Below are positions 1 through 9,575 of a stretch of DNA of 64,000 nucleotides, in pieces. Each line of letters starts with the position of its first letter. Within the stretch, counting starts at the first letter, position 1. Under the pieces are notes generated by a model. That model had not been told where the DNA came from. It ran no database searches and saw only the letters and a list, made by a program, of their open reading frames with translations. The position numbers and the translations under genes were made by a program. The stretch covers positions 130,894 through 194,893 of the forward strand of contig CABMGN010000008.1 of the NCBI GenBank assembly GCA_902385635.1. The letters run 5' to 3'. The DNA is from an uncultured archaeon (GTDB lineage Archaea > Nanobdellota > Nanobdellia > Pacearchaeales > GW2011-AR1).

Positions 1-592
1 CAGGTAAATAATAAGTAACTTGGCCGATTCCAAAAGCATTTTGTATATCATAATTTAGTGTAGCAGTCAAATTTCCACTGACAAAATCAGGCATTGAACT
101 CTCATTTTTATTTTGTTTTAGTACAACAACAACATATCCAATATTTTCTAAGATAGGAGAATTAAGAAGAGTCTCACTATTTGTTTTCAAAGCAGCTCTT
201 GCGGGGTGATAACCGATTCCCGCTACAGAATCAGGATACTTTCCAGAGAAAGTAATTGAACTAATTGCATTAACATCAATCAACGGATTTACTTTTGTCG
301 CAGAGATAGAACAAAAGACAGGATAATTTTGTTCTTCAAGTATATCACTTCTAACAACAGTTGGACTACACCCCAGCGGACTAACTTGTAAAATAAAATC
401 CTGACCTGTATTACAAACATTTGCATCAAAACCAGAAGATAAAGAGATTCCCTGATTAGCTAAATACCCTGCCGAAGTAGTTCGGGGAGAAGTGTACTGA
501 GATCCAGTAGAATAAAAATAAGATTGTACATTAAAGCTAAAGAATAAAATTCCAACTAGTAAAATTACAAAAATTAGCTTTTTACTTTTCAT
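1..592 (-). CDS. Secreted hypothetical protein, partial (C-terminus lies beyond the window edge)
   Basis: ATG at 592..590 is read open on the minus strand to position 1. The N-terminus MKSKKLIFVILLVGILFFSFNV looks like a Sec signal peptide. The start lies 1 nt after the stop of the upstream ORF 594..2489. It is absent from the ORF track because it is truncated. Confidence 0.45.
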   Translation of the reverse strand, partial: MKSKKLIFVILLVGILFFSFNVQSYFYSTGSQYTSPRTTSAGYLANQGISLSSGFDANVCNTGQDFILQVSPLGCSPTVVRSDILEEQNYPVFCSISATKVNPLIDVNAISSITFSGKYPDSVAGIGYHPARAALKTNSETLLNSPILENIGYVVVVLKQNKNESSMPDFVSGNLTATLNYDIQNAFGIGQVTYYLP

Positions 593-593
593 T

Positions 594-2489
594 TTATCCA
601 AAAGTTATATCTGCTCCACTATTTTCAAATAAATTATAATTTCTTTCTAAGTCCGCAATGCTGCCTGGAGCGGGGAGGCTGTGTACATTTATCTTTATCT
701 CCTTAGAATTTTTAAGTTGAGATTCCAAGATATAATAACTCTGCTTTCCGCCTCCAGCTAAAACACTTGTAACTGTCTGGTCTGGAATTTCTATATCAAA
801 ACATTTTTCTCGAGTAAATCCAAACATTCCAAGCACCCCTGCTTGCGGCACATCTGTACACTGATTTGTTTTTGTTCCGGGAATAGTAAATGAACCCTCC
901 TTGAAAATTTGAACCTGAACCTCATACTGACCTTCACTAAGTTGTATTTCTCTTTGCGAAGGGTAACTAATTGAATTTGAATTTTCTTCAGAAGCAAAGC
1001 TTACAAGAGCACTTCCAGAAAAAGAGCTTCCATCAACAGTAATAGAAACTGTTTGATTGTAAAGTTTATTCAAGAAAATATTCACGCTTCCAGAATCTAC
1101 TGTTGAAGCCATATATTTTGCATCAGAGAATCCAGGGGAATTAACTAAAATAAATCCATTTGCGCACTGAGGGAACTTTCCATTAAGAGCCCCACTAGAA
1201 GTTTGACCCATATCACATTTCTGGCCTAAGCAAGAGTAAGAAACAAAACCATCTACTGGATTGAATTCAGAATCGTAAACATGAACTTGCATCTCTGTAT
1301 TTTGATAAGCGCATAATTCTGGTGGTGCAACAGCAGAACCACTTACATCCTGGGCTTTTCGTGGTTTATTTCCTTCTAAAACAACTGCGAAAGGAAACTG
1401 GAAAACTTCCTCTCCTTCCATAACTTGAACCATCACAGGGTATCTAACATTATAGACGTAATGATACGGAACATAACAGAAACCAAGTATTCCTAATCCA
1501 GTTTGAGTCCCTATAGGTTTAGCTACAAGTAAACTTCCTTCCGAAGGATTCACTTCGAAAGAAGAAGGCCAAGATTTAGAATTTAAGAAACTCACAGACT
1601 GATCTACACTCAAATCAAGAACAAAATATTTTTCTTCCTTATTCTTAAGATCGTAATTATTTGATTTTAATTTTATAGCTGCAGTATTTGCTTCTATTGC
1701 ATCCTGTAGATGACTAAAAACCTCTTGAGCGTTCCAAATTTTTGGAGCACAAGAAATGTCAACACCATCTACTGGTGCGTAAAGTCTTAGAGTATCGACA
1801 GCGTAATTCTCTAGGAACATATTCTTTTGTTCATAATCATAAACTTTCTTAGCAGAATTGTATAATGCACCAAGATAAGATTTAACAGTCACCTCGTGTT
1901 TTCTTATAACAACACTTTTTTCTTTGTAAGTTATATTCATTGGCATAGTAACTACGATTCCAACAGCCGGGTCAGATATTTTCGTTGTAACATTAGGGGC
2001 GCCTAGAGAAAAAACAAAACCTTGCTCTCGGTAAGAATCAAGGTTACAACCCGGAACATTCTCTTCAATAAATTGGGAAAGTTGTCTTTGCATTTCTTCT
2101 TTAGTTGGTACTTGTTCTTTTTCTAAATTTGAAGCAGAACGATAATACCAATACGGAACAGGATTGCCAAAAAAGTCCATCTGAGAAGAGAACGGGTCGT
2201 ACCTAGATCCGGGTTCAAATTCTGGAGGGTAAATATAACCTCCCTGCGTTTCTAATACAGAAATCCCGTTTGAAGTTGTTTGTTTTATACAATCAAGCAG
2301 AGCATTGTGAAGGGGTTCAAACTCAGTAGGAATAATTTCTCCAGAAATAGGACCAGTAATTTTATCTTTGAAAATAAAAAATAATGATAGTGCGGCTATG
2401 ATTAAAATTCCAACTATAATAAAAATTGTAACCTGCCCACGATTCGATTTTCCATTAGAAACAACACACAAAAACACTCTTTTTATCAT
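594..2489 (-). CDS. Large extracellular protein with a class III (type IV pilin-like) signal peptide
   Basis: 631 aa. The N-terminus ...NGKSNRGQ|VTIFIIVGILIIAALSLFFIF is a basic leader, G-Q, then a ~20-residue hydrophobic helix. No other family motif was recognised. Confidence 0.5.
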   Translation of the reverse strand: MIKRVFLCVVSNGKSNRGQVTIFIIVGILIIAALSLFFIFKDKITGPISGEIIPTEFEPLHNALLDCIKQTTSNGISVLETQGGYIYPPEFEPGSRYDPFSSQMDFFGNPVPYWYYRSASNLEKEQVPTKEEMQRQLSQFIEENVPGCNLDSYREQGFVFSLGAPNVTTKISDPAVGIVVTMPMNITYKEKSVVIRKHEVTVKSYLGALYNSAKKVYDYEQKNMFLENYAVDTLRLYAPVDGVDISCAPKIWNAQEVFSHLQDAIEANTAAIKLKSNNYDLKNKEEKYFVLDLSVDQSVSFLNSKSWPSSFEVNPSEGSLLVAKPIGTQTGLGILGFCYVPYHYVYNVRYPVMVQVMEGEEVFQFPFAVVLEGNKPRKAQDVSGSAVAPPELCAYQNTEMQVHVYDSEFNPVDGFVSYSCLGQKCDMGQTSSGALNGKFPQCANGFILVNSPGFSDAKYMASTVDSGSVNIFLNKLYNQTVSITVDGSSFSGSALVSFASEENSNSISYPSQREIQLSEGQYEVQVQIFKEGSFTIPGTKTNQCTDVPQAGVLGMFGFTREKCFDIEIPDQTVTSVLAGGGKQSYYILESQLKNSKEIKINVHSLPAPGSIADLERNYNLFENSGADITFG

Positions 2490-2542
2490 TACAATTAAAG
2501 ACTGAAAATATGTATATAAACTTTATTGAGATCAGAGAAAAA

Positions 2543-2800
2543 TTAGTAAACTCTTGGCTTAATTCCAGCCATTAATCCTAGGACAATTAAAAGAACACCA
2601 ACAACCCCATTAAAGTAAGGTCCTAACGCTGTTGAGACACTTTCAGATATTTTAATCCACTGAAAAGAAAGGTTAAGAAAGTATAAACCGAAAATAACTC
2701 CTAAGATTAAAAGAATAGTTCTGCCACTTCCACTTCTTCTTGGAGGCATTCCACCATAACCCCCACCATACGCTGGCGGACCACGATTAAAGAAACTCAT
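2543..2800 (-). CDS. Small membrane protein (Gly-rich N-terminus, two TM helices)
   Basis: 85 aa with two clear hydrophobic helices and a basic C-terminus. No recognisable family. Confidence 0.4.
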   Translation of the reverse strand: MSFFNRGPPAYGGGYGGMPPRRSGSGRTILLILGVIFGLYFLNLSFQWIKISESVSTALGPYFNGVVGVLLIVLGLMAGIKPRVY

Positions 2801-2852
2801 ACATAAAAGAAAAGAAGAATATATTTAAACATTTCTAACCGCAAAAAAGTAC

Positions 2853-2924
2853 GGCCTTGTAGTCCAACGGCTAAGACATTTCCTTGACGTGGAAAGGACC
2901 GAGGTTCAACTCCTCGCAGGGCCA
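2853..2924 (+). tRNA. tRNA-Val (anticodon GAC)
   Basis: Hand-folded cloverleaf. Acceptor GGCCTTG/CAGGGCC, anticodon stem TTTCC/GGAAA with loop TTGACGT, T arm CGAGG-TTCAACT-CCTCG, discriminator A. No intron and no encoded CCA. TTTAAA sits 29 nt upstream. Confidence 0.9.
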
Positions 2925-2957
2925 TAAATATAAAAACAAAAAACTTCTTACAAGAAT

Positions 2958-3224
2958 ATGTTAAGAAAACAACACGAAGATAAGTTAGATAAAAAAATTC
3001 AAAACGATTTGGCTGCCGGAGTTGTTGGGGGAGTTGGGGGTGGTTTGATTCTATCATCAAAAGTACTAACTGGCGCAGCAACAGCAAACAGTATGAGGCC
3101 AACAGCATATTTGGGAATAATTTTGCTTGTCATCGGAGTTTTAGCAGGATTTCTGTACATAAAAAGAGAGAAGAAAAAACTAAAAGTTAAAGTCAAAAAA
3201 ACTTCTAAGAAAAAGAGGAAATAG
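2958..3224 (+). CDS. Small membrane protein with a C-terminal TM-hairpin module and Lys-rich tail
   Basis: 88 aa. TM1 (AAGVVGGVGGGLILS), loop SKVLTGAATANSMRPTA, TM2 (YLGIILLVIGVLAGFLYI), then KREKKKLKVKVKK. Preferred over the antisense ORF 2999..3196. Confidence 0.4.
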   Translation: MLRKQHEDKLDKKIQNDLAAGVVGGVGGGLILSSKVLTGAATANSMRPTAYLGIILLVIGVLAGFLYIKREKKKLKVKVKKTSKKKRK

Positions 3225-3266
3225 CTTATGCAAAGCTTTTAAAAACCTCATTTTTTATCAATATTC

Positions 3267-3578
3267 ATGAAATATCCTAAAGCAACAAAAAGATACTGCC
3301 CATACTGTAAGAAGAAAACAGACCAAAAAGTAAAGCTAGTATCTACCGGTGCACAAAGAGGATCACTTAGAAGAGGAGGTATCCCAAGAGCAAAACTTAG
3401 GGGAAGAGGAATTGGAATCGGAAATAAAGGAAAATGGGGATCAAAACCAGCTGTTTCAAAGTTTAAAAGAAAATCTAAAACAACAAAGAAAACAAATATA
3501 ATGTATACATGTAAAGTTTGTAATAAATCAAAATACCAGTACAAAGGAATAAGATCTGGTAAACAGGTACAAGAATAA
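3267..3578 (+). CDS. rpl44e: 50S ribosomal protein L44e (eL42)
   Basis: 103 aa and highly basic. N-terminal KRYCPYCKKKT plus C-terminal YTCKVCNKS form the CxxC...CxxC zinc ribbon and spacing typical of L44e. Confidence 0.9.
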   Translation: MKYPKATKRYCPYCKKKTDQKVKLVSTGAQRGSLRRGGIPRAKLRGRGIGIGNKGKWGSKPAVSKFKRKSKTTKKTNIMYTCKVCNKSKYQYKGIRSGKQVQE

Positions 3579-3579
3579 A

Positions 3580-4116
3580 ATGGCAGATGCAAAAAGAAAA
3601 AAAAGATTTTTTGAAGTAGACATCCCGGTAATTAACAAATCAACCTTCCTTCTTGGATATGATGTAGAAGAACTAGCCGGAAGACAGTTTACATACGATC
3701 TAACAAGAGTCCTAAGAGGAAAAAATGCCCTAGTTTCTCTAAAGGTAAAAGTAAAAGAAGGAAAAGCAGAAGCTAATGCTATTGGTTTAGAGTTAGTTCC
3801 TTCATATATAAGAAGAATGGTTAGGAAAGGAACAAATTATGTTGAAGACTCATTCTCTACAGAAGCAAAAGATTCAGTAGTAAGAATAAAACCTTTCCTA
3901 GTTACAAGAAGAAAAGTATCTAGAGAAGTAAGAAAAGCCCTTCGAAACAAAGCAAAAGAAGAATTAGCAGCATATGTTAAAACAAAAACAGCAGAAGCAA
4001 TTGTAGAAGAATTGCTCCACGGATCATTACAAAAAACATTAAGCATAAAGCTAAAAAAAGTTTACCCGCTCTCTGTTTGTGAAATCAAAACATTCAAGGC
4101 AGAAAAGTTCAAATAA
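3580..4116 (+). CDS. rps3ae: 30S ribosomal protein S3Ae (eS1)
   Basis: 178 aa. KKRFFEVDIP..., SYIRRMVRKGTNYVEDSF and RIKPFLVTRRK match the conserved S3Ae layout. It starts 1 nt after the L44e stop. Confidence 0.85.
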   Translation: MADAKRKKRFFEVDIPVINKSTFLLGYDVEELAGRQFTYDLTRVLRGKNALVSLKVKVKEGKAEANAIGLELVPSYIRRMVRKGTNYVEDSFSTEAKDSVVRIKPFLVTRRKVSREVRKALRNKAKEELAAYVKTKTAEAIVEELLHGSLQKTLSIKLKKVYPLSVCEIKTFKAEKFK

Positions 4117-4179
4117 TTCTAATTAGTGACAAAAACAAAATCTTTTAAAGCGTTTTTTTCTAGGTTAAATATCCACTGC

Positions 4180-4251
4180 GCCTCCATAGCTCAGTGGCAG
4201 AGCGGCTGCCTTGTAAGCAGTAGGTCGGGGGTTCAAATCCCTCTGGAGGCT
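4180..4251 (+). tRNA. tRNA-Thr (anticodon UGU)
   Basis: Hand-folded. Acceptor GCCTCCA/TGGAGGC, D arm GCTC-AGTGGCA-GAGC, anticodon stem GCTGC/GCAGT with loop CTTGTAA, T arm GGGGG-TTCAAAT-CCCTC. Confidence 0.9.
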
Positions 4252-4290
4252 TTGAAAAAAAAGAAAAGAGCCAGGATTGTATCTTTATAG

Positions 4291-4851
4291 TTAATTAACC
4301 CGATCCAGGCTCTCAGCACTTCCGCTATCAATAAGAATTTTTGTGATCTCTTTAGGAATATTTGCAATCTGGCCCTTTTCATACGGCCCCATTTTGTTTC
4401 CATCAAGATCTAAGAATTCTTCAGTATCTGTTAAGAAAACAACCATTTCATTTTTAGTAGTTTCCTCTCTTTTTCCATTAAGAAGTTCGTTAAGCTTCTT
4501 ATCCGAACTATCAATACACTTCATCAAATCCTCAAACATTTCTTTTTCAAACTGGAGCATGTTATCAAAATCTTGTTTAGAAATACCTGTTTCAGCAGCA
4601 ATAAGAACCAGATTCAAAATTTTTTTTCTTCTTCTAATCATTAACTCTTTAAACAAAGTCAGAGCATTTTCCAATTGTTTCTTTGTCTTGATAATAACAT
4701 CAGAAAAAATATCATCTTGCTTTGAAGCAATTTCTCTTTTCTCTCTTAAATACTCTGCAACCTCTTTCACAAAATTCTTTGGTATTCCTTGTAATTGTTC
4801 GCTATACCTCTCTTTCCTACCTGCCTCATAAATATCATTATAGGTAATCAT
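4291..4851 (-). CDS. GINS subunit-like protein (Gins51/Sld5-like)
   Basis: 186 aa. An N-terminal helical region (YEAGRKERYSEQLQGIPKNFVKEVAEYLRE) and a C-terminal small domain (VVFLTDTEEFLDLDGNKMGPYEKGQIANIPKEITKILIDSGSA) follow the archaeal GINS51 pattern. Confidence 0.5.
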   Translation of the reverse strand: MITYNDIYEAGRKERYSEQLQGIPKNFVKEVAEYLREKREIASKQDDIFSDVIIKTKKQLENALTLFKELMIRRRKKILNLVLIAAETGISKQDFDNMLQFEKEMFEDLMKCIDSSDKKLNELLNGKREETTKNEMVVFLTDTEEFLDLDGNKMGPYEKGQIANIPKEITKILIDSGSAESLDRVN

Positions 4852-4906
4852 AAAATTAGAACAAAAGCCACATTTTTAACTATTATTATACCTGAAAAAG
4901 TGATTT

Positions 4907-6157
4907 TTACTTGTCAAATCCAACTTTTTTCAATAAGCTTCTACCGTTAAACTCTCCAAGTTCCCCCTTCAAGCAAGACTCTTCACAAAAATGAGTCTCT
5001 CCACCAATAGAAACAGAAGAAGGGTTAAAAAATAAAACCGGGACAGGATCAGCAGAATGATTTTTCACAACACACGGGGTTGCCTGATTAGCTGTAATTA
5101 AAAGAGAAACATTATTCTCCAAACAGAAAAGTCTCAAGTAAGAAAAAAGAGTTTTATCTAGATATTCTAACATCTTCACCCGATCAATTGGACGATTATC
5201 ATGACCTGGAAAGTCTGTCTCATTTATATGAATATAACAAAAATGGTATAAATCCTTATTTTCGTCTAAAACAAGTTCAGGCAGAGCACAAGCAGACTTA
5301 AGTCCCTCCTGGATATTTTCATATGCATCAAAATTGTCTAGTCTAGGATAATTAAAAGAAAAAACTTTCATACCAGAAGTCTTAGCAAATCCTTTTTCTA
5401 GCGGAGTATAAACAAGAGCCATCCAACGATGATAGTCTTTCATTTTAGGCATCTCGGTCCCGGCCCCCCTAAGTAAAAAATAATTTGCAGGAAGAAGTCC
5501 TTTTCTAACTCTCTCCAGATTAACCGGGTGATCTTCTAAAATAGCACAGGCTCTTTCAAGAAAAACATTAACAACATTAGCGGTATGAGTAGAATTATCA
5601 GAATCATCAAGAGCCTTACAAAAACTTATTTTGTCAACATCACTAATCTTTCCGTGAAAATATCCAGAGTCATTAGTAGAAATACTTTCAGAAAAACCCC
5701 CTTTAAGAACAAGAACAGCCCTATGCTGGGTTGTTGGTTTGAATAAAAAAGGGTAAGAAAACTTTATCTTACTAACCGCATTTGCAAGAGCATCTGCCTC
5801 AGAGGTTTTCAAAGACCTTCCGACTCTTCTATCTAAAATAATACCTGTTTTTTTATCAACACTTGCAAAATTAACTCTAAAGGAAATATCCCCCCTCTTC
5901 AAATCTAACCCACTACCAATAGCTTCAAGTTCCCCCCTAATACTCTTATTAAAATCATTTCCAAAAATACTCATTAAAGACTGATCAGATTCAGGAATAA
6001 ATCCTGGCTTTATCGGATACATTAAACCGAGTTTTGCACCACTTGAGATAAAAAAGTCTAAATTTGGGGTATTTGCTACATCTAAAGGGGTTTTTCCCTG
6101 AAGTTCTGGACACGGGCGGTCACAAACCCCATCTAATAAAACTAGGATACCTTTCAT
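4907..6157 (-). CDS. apgM: Cofactor-independent phosphoglycerate mutase, archaeal type
   Basis: 416 aa. The N-terminus MKGILVLLDGVCDRP...GKTPLDVANTPNLD, FRVNFASVD and HINETDFPGHD are typical of ApgM and the alkaline-phosphatase superfamily. Confidence 0.85.
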   Translation of the reverse strand: MKGILVLLDGVCDRPCPELQGKTPLDVANTPNLDFFISSGAKLGLMYPIKPGFIPESDQSLMSIFGNDFNKSIRGELEAIGSGLDLKRGDISFRVNFASVDKKTGIILDRRVGRSLKTSEADALANAVSKIKFSYPFLFKPTTQHRAVLVLKGGFSESISTNDSGYFHGKISDVDKISFCKALDDSDNSTHTANVVNVFLERACAILEDHPVNLERVRKGLLPANYFLLRGAGTEMPKMKDYHRWMALVYTPLEKGFAKTSGMKVFSFNYPRLDNFDAYENIQEGLKSACALPELVLDENKDLYHFCYIHINETDFPGHDNRPIDRVKMLEYLDKTLFSYLRLFCLENNVSLLITANQATPCVVKNHSADPVPVLFFNPSSVSIGGETHFCEESCLKGELGEFNGRSLLKKVGFDK

Positions 6158-6223
6158 TTTGAGTTTTAGGTAAAAACCATTTAAAAGAATTTGTGTAATA
6201 AACTTGGATTTAAAACAGAAGGG

Positions 6224-6231
6224 TTATAAAT
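6224..6231 (+). promoter_or_regulatory. TATA-box-like element upstream of ftsY
   Basis: TTATAAAT begins 28 nt upstream of the ATG at 6252. The same spacing is seen at many genes in this window. Confidence 0.5.
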
Positions 6232-6251
6232 ATTAGAACATAAATAAGCAT

Positions 6252-7484
6252 ATGTTCAAGTTCCTAAAAGAAAAAATAAGCAGCTGGACCAAAAAGATTT
6301 CTGAAAGCAAAGCAAAAGAAGTAGAAGTTGAAGAAACAGAAGAAATTGAACTAAAGGAAGTAAAAGAAAAGCCCCAGAAAAAAGAGAAAAAGAAGAAGGA
6401 AAAGAAACCAAAAAAGGAGAAAAAGAGAAAAGAAGTCAAGGAAGAACCTGTAGAAGAACCATCTAAATTTAAAGAAGCTCAAAAAAGGCCAGAACAAAAA
6501 GAAGAAAGAGAGTTAGGAGAAAAAATCTGGGAAGATATTAAAGAAGACGCAGTAGAAGACTCAATAAAATTTCCCAACTTTGATAAAAAAGAAGAGAAAG
6601 AACCCGAGAAAAAGGGATTCTTTTCAAAACTGAAAGAAAAATTCACCAAAACAAAAATATCTGAAGAAGAATTTACACAGTACTCTGAAGATCTTTTAAT
6701 GATTCTAATAGAAAATAATGTGGCTTTTGAAGTAGCAGATAAGATAATTACAGAACTAAAAGAAAAAGTTGTAAATAAAGAGCTTTCAAGAAAAGATTTA
6801 GAAGAAGAAATTAAAAATTCATTAAAAGAAACAATTGAAACGATACTAGTTGAGCCGTTTGATATCATTAAGAGAATAAAAGAGAAAAAAGATCCGTACG
6901 TTATGCTATTTTGCGGGATTAACGGGACAGGCAAAACAACAACAATAGCAAAACTGGCAACATTACTAAAAAAAGAGGATATATCTTGTGTTATGGCTGC
7001 AGGGGATACTTTCAGAGCAGCTTCAATAGAGCAGCTAAAACTTCACGGAGAAAGAACAAATACAAAAGTAATAGCCCATGACTACGGATCAGATCCTGCC
7101 GCAGTAGGTTTTGATGCAATTCAGTACGCAAAGAAGAATAACATAAAAGTAGTTTTAATAGACACTGCAGGAAGGATGCATACTGCAAAAAATCTTCTAA
7201 AAGAAATAGAAAAGATTTCAAGTGTGTGTAAACCTGACGTAAAGATATTCGTAGGAGAATCTATTACAGGTAATGACGCGGTAGAACAGGTAAAGGCGTT
7301 TAATGAATCAATCGGGATTGATGGGATTATTCTAAGTAAAGCAGACATAGACGAAAAAGGCGGAACAGCCCTTTCTGTTGGGTATGTAACAGGCAAACCA
7401 ATTTTATTCTTAGGTATGGGCCAAGAGTATAAAGATCTCGAATTATTTAACAAAAAGAAATTCATTGAAAAACTTGGATTATAA
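6252..7484 (+). CDS. ftsY: Signal recognition particle receptor FtsY
   Basis: 410 aa. A K/E-rich acidic-basic N-terminal domain is followed by the SRP GTPase core: GINGTGKTTTIAKLA, DTAGR, SKADID. Confidence 0.9.
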   Translation: MFKFLKEKISSWTKKISESKAKEVEVEETEEIELKEVKEKPQKKEKKKKEKKPKKEKKRKEVKEEPVEEPSKFKEAQKRPEQKEERELGEKIWEDIKEDAVEDSIKFPNFDKKEEKEPEKKGFFSKLKEKFTKTKISEEEFTQYSEDLLMILIENNVAFEVADKIITELKEKVVNKELSRKDLEEEIKNSLKETIETILVEPFDIIKRIKEKKDPYVMLFCGINGTGKTTTIAKLATLLKKEDISCVMAAGDTFRAASIEQLKLHGERTNTKVIAHDYGSDPAAVGFDAIQYAKKNNIKVVLIDTAGRMHTAKNLLKEIEKISSVCKPDVKIFVGESITGNDAVEQVKAFNESIGIDGIILSKADIDEKGGTALSVGYVTGKPILFLGMGQEYKDLELFNKKKFIEKLGL

Positions 7485-7486
7485 AA

Positions 7487-8539
7487 ATGAATATTCTATA
7501 CGGAGTAACTGGTGAAGGCTTCGGCCATAGTTCAAGATCTCAGGAAATAATTCTACATTTACAAAAAGAAGGGCATAGAGTTTTAATTTTAACATACGGA
7601 CAAGCATATCCGGTACTAAAAGATTTTTTTAACAAAAAAGAGTACAAGAATAAAGTTGAAATCTATAGGGTAGAAGGGTTTCATATCTCTTTTGAGAAAG
7701 GAAAAGTTTCTGTTTCAGAGACGATATTAAAGAATATAGAACCAGCAGTTAAAAACATAAAAAACTGGGACAAAATAATAAAGAAAGTAAAAAGTTTTTC
7801 TCCAAAAGTTGCAATTACTGATTTTGAGCCTCTAACAGCAAATATATCTTACTACTTAGGTTTACCCTTAATAAGTATAGATAATCAGCATAGAATAACC
7901 CATATGAAAATAAAGGTTCCTGCAAAGTACCAAACAGATTTTTTTATCGCAAAGGGGTACGTATCACTCTGCCCACCCATTGCAACTAATTATATCACCC
8001 TATCCTTCACAAAGAGTAAACTTCATTCAAAAAAAGATTTTATTGTCTCGCCTGTTCTCAGAAAAGAAATAATAAATCTTAAAAAAAGAGAGGGTACAAG
8101 GATTTTAGTCTATCAAACACAAAAAGATTTAGAATTCTTAAAGGTTCTAAAAGAAATAAAAGAAAAGTTTATTGTTTACGGGTATAATAAAAACTTAGTT
8201 GATGGGAACATTCATTATAAAAAAGCCGGGAGAGAATTTCTCAAGGACCTTTCAGAATGCAAAGGGATCATAGCCACAGCAGGCTTTACTCTAATATCAG
8301 AAGCCCTTTACCTAAAAAAACCGTATTTTGCTGTTCCGCTACGAGGCCAGTTCGAACAAGTTCTTAATGCACTCTACCTTAAACAGTCAGGAATGGGAGA
8401 TTTTTCTGAAGAACCCACAAAAGATCAACTAGAAAAGTTTGTGAGTGACCTTCCCAGGTATAGAAAAAAATTCAAAGATTACAAGACAAATCCTGAAGAA
8501 GCAAATGAGGTTTTAGACAAAATTCTCAGAAAGTTATAG
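7487..8539 (+). CDS. Glycosyltransferase (MJ1255-like, GT-B fold)
   Basis: 350 aa. The N-terminus ILYGVTGEGFGHSSRSQEI and the C-terminal GIIATAGFTLISEALYLKKP resemble the MJ1255/GT28-like family. Confidence 0.6.
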   Translation: MNILYGVTGEGFGHSSRSQEIILHLQKEGHRVLILTYGQAYPVLKDFFNKKEYKNKVEIYRVEGFHISFEKGKVSVSETILKNIEPAVKNIKNWDKIIKKVKSFSPKVAITDFEPLTANISYYLGLPLISIDNQHRITHMKIKVPAKYQTDFFIAKGYVSLCPPIATNYITLSFTKSKLHSKKDFIVSPVLRKEIINLKKREGTRILVYQTQKDLEFLKVLKEIKEKFIVYGYNKNLVDGNIHYKKAGREFLKDLSECKGIIATAGFTLISEALYLKKPYFAVPLRGQFEQVLNALYLKQSGMGDFSEEPTKDQLEKFVSDLPRYRKKFKDYKTNPEEANEVLDKILRKL

Positions 8540-8869
8540 ATTAAAATATCTATTTATCTCTGCAATAAAGGCCAATCTCTCTCGCTTAGCATTTGGTTTT
8601 AAATACTTTGTATGAAGCCGTTCTTTAACTAGCCTTGCAACCTGTTCTGGGCAAAGAGGATCTAGATTTTCTAAACCATTTAACTCTAAAACACATCCTT
8701 CATTACGCGGAGCACCTTTTTTTCTTGGGAGATCCGAGTAGTTAGAAAATTCAATCAAAAAGTTTTGAACATAGGTTATTCTTTCTCTTTCACTAACACA
8801 ACTTGAAACAAAAGCAGAAAATAGTTGGGCCTCAAATCTCCCGACCTTACCAAATCTAGTTTCACCCAT
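8534..8869 (-). CDS. Hypothetical protein
   Basis: 111-aa ORF in an otherwise uncovered gap, convergent with the glycosyltransferase (6-nt overlap). No motif recognised. Confidence 0.35.
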   Translation of the reverse strand: MGETRFGKVGRFEAQLFSAFVSSCVSERERITYVQNFLIEFSNYSDLPRKKGAPRNEGCVLELNGLENLDPLCPEQVARLVKERLHTKYLKPNAKRERLAFIAEINRYFNL

Positions 8870-8981
8870 TAAAAAATAAAAAGCAGAACTTTCTTTAAAA
8901 AAGTGCTCAACAAAAAATAGTGTATATTAAAAAGCAATAATTATTTAATCTCAGATTTGCCTCTAATTATATATTTTAATT

Positions 8982-9533
8982 TTAAAACTTCTTCTTAGCA
9001 AAAAGATATATCCCCATTAAACCCAAGAAAAAAAGAGCTAAACCTATTATTCCAAGTTGTGATGAAGAAACACTAGCAATAGAGTTTCCCGTAAGAGCAC
9101 CAGTAGAAACAACACTCGCACCAACCAAGCTCACTAGACCAATAAACCCTGCCAATTTTTCCTGGAGAGTTGTTCTTTTAGAATGTTTTTTCTTTTCCTG
9201 TTCAACTCTTCTAACCTCAACATGACAACCAATCTTAGTAAATAAGTGTAAAGCCCGGTCAAAGTCCTCTCCCCTCTCCGCAAGTTTAGCAGCCATATAA
9301 TCTCTACCTGACTTTTCAGCTAGTTTAGAAGCTTCAGAATAATATCCTCCCTCAACTAAGATATTTATTGCTTTGTCATGTAAACCAAGTTTGTTAAAAA
9401 TCCGGGAAGAATTTAAAAAATCTCCAGTCTCCAGATAAGAATCTGCTGCAAGATTCAAAAGCCCCTTTTTTTCTAGTTCAACAGGAGATCTCTTTTTTTC
9501 TTCTCTTTTCAAATGCTCAAGACCAACAATCAT
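8982..9533 (-). CDS. Membrane-anchored protein: helical-repeat N-domain plus C-terminal TM-hairpin module
   Basis: 183 aa. A soluble TPR-like N-terminal half is followed by TM1 (FIGLVSLVGASVVSTGA), loop LTGNSIASVSSSQ, TM2 (LGIIGLALFFLGLMGIYLF) and the tail AKKKF. Confidence 0.45.
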   Translation of the reverse strand: MIVGLEHLKREEKKRSPVELEKKGLLNLAADSYLETGDFLNSSRIFNKLGLHDKAINILVEGGYYSEASKLAEKSGRDYMAAKLAERGEDFDRALHLFTKIGCHVEVRRVEQEKKKHSKRTTLQEKLAGFIGLVSLVGASVVSTGALTGNSIASVSSSQLGIIGLALFFLGLMGIYLFAKKKF

Positions 9534-9575
9534 ATTTTATTAAGGACAAACTAGATTTTAAATCTTTTTAGAGGA

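Noticed and set aside
2797-3108. 103-aa minus-strand ORF.
   Set aside because: It runs straight through the well-folded tRNA-Val (2853..2924) and overlaps a better plus-strand membrane-protein ORF. It is a compositional artefact.
3248-3592. 114-aa minus-strand ORF antisense to L44e.
   Set aside because: The plus-strand product is an unmistakable ribosomal protein. The antisense translation is low-complexity and F/L-rich.
4343-4831. 162-aa plus-strand ORF antisense to the GINS-like gene.
   Set aside because: Its S/F/L-rich translation is typical of the antisense of K/E-rich genes. The minus-strand product has a coherent domain pattern.
6233-7465. Several minus-strand ORFs (6233..6439, 6479..6934, 7012..7221, 7121..7465) opposite ftsY.
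   Set aside because: They are shadows of the K/E-rich FtsY gene. The same reasoning applies to the other antisense ORFs listed in the track (for example 10198..10572, 10943..11401, 15334..15825, 25779..26205, 43666..43923, 43985..44221, 51825..52577, 55035..55280, 56400..56891, 59014..59724).
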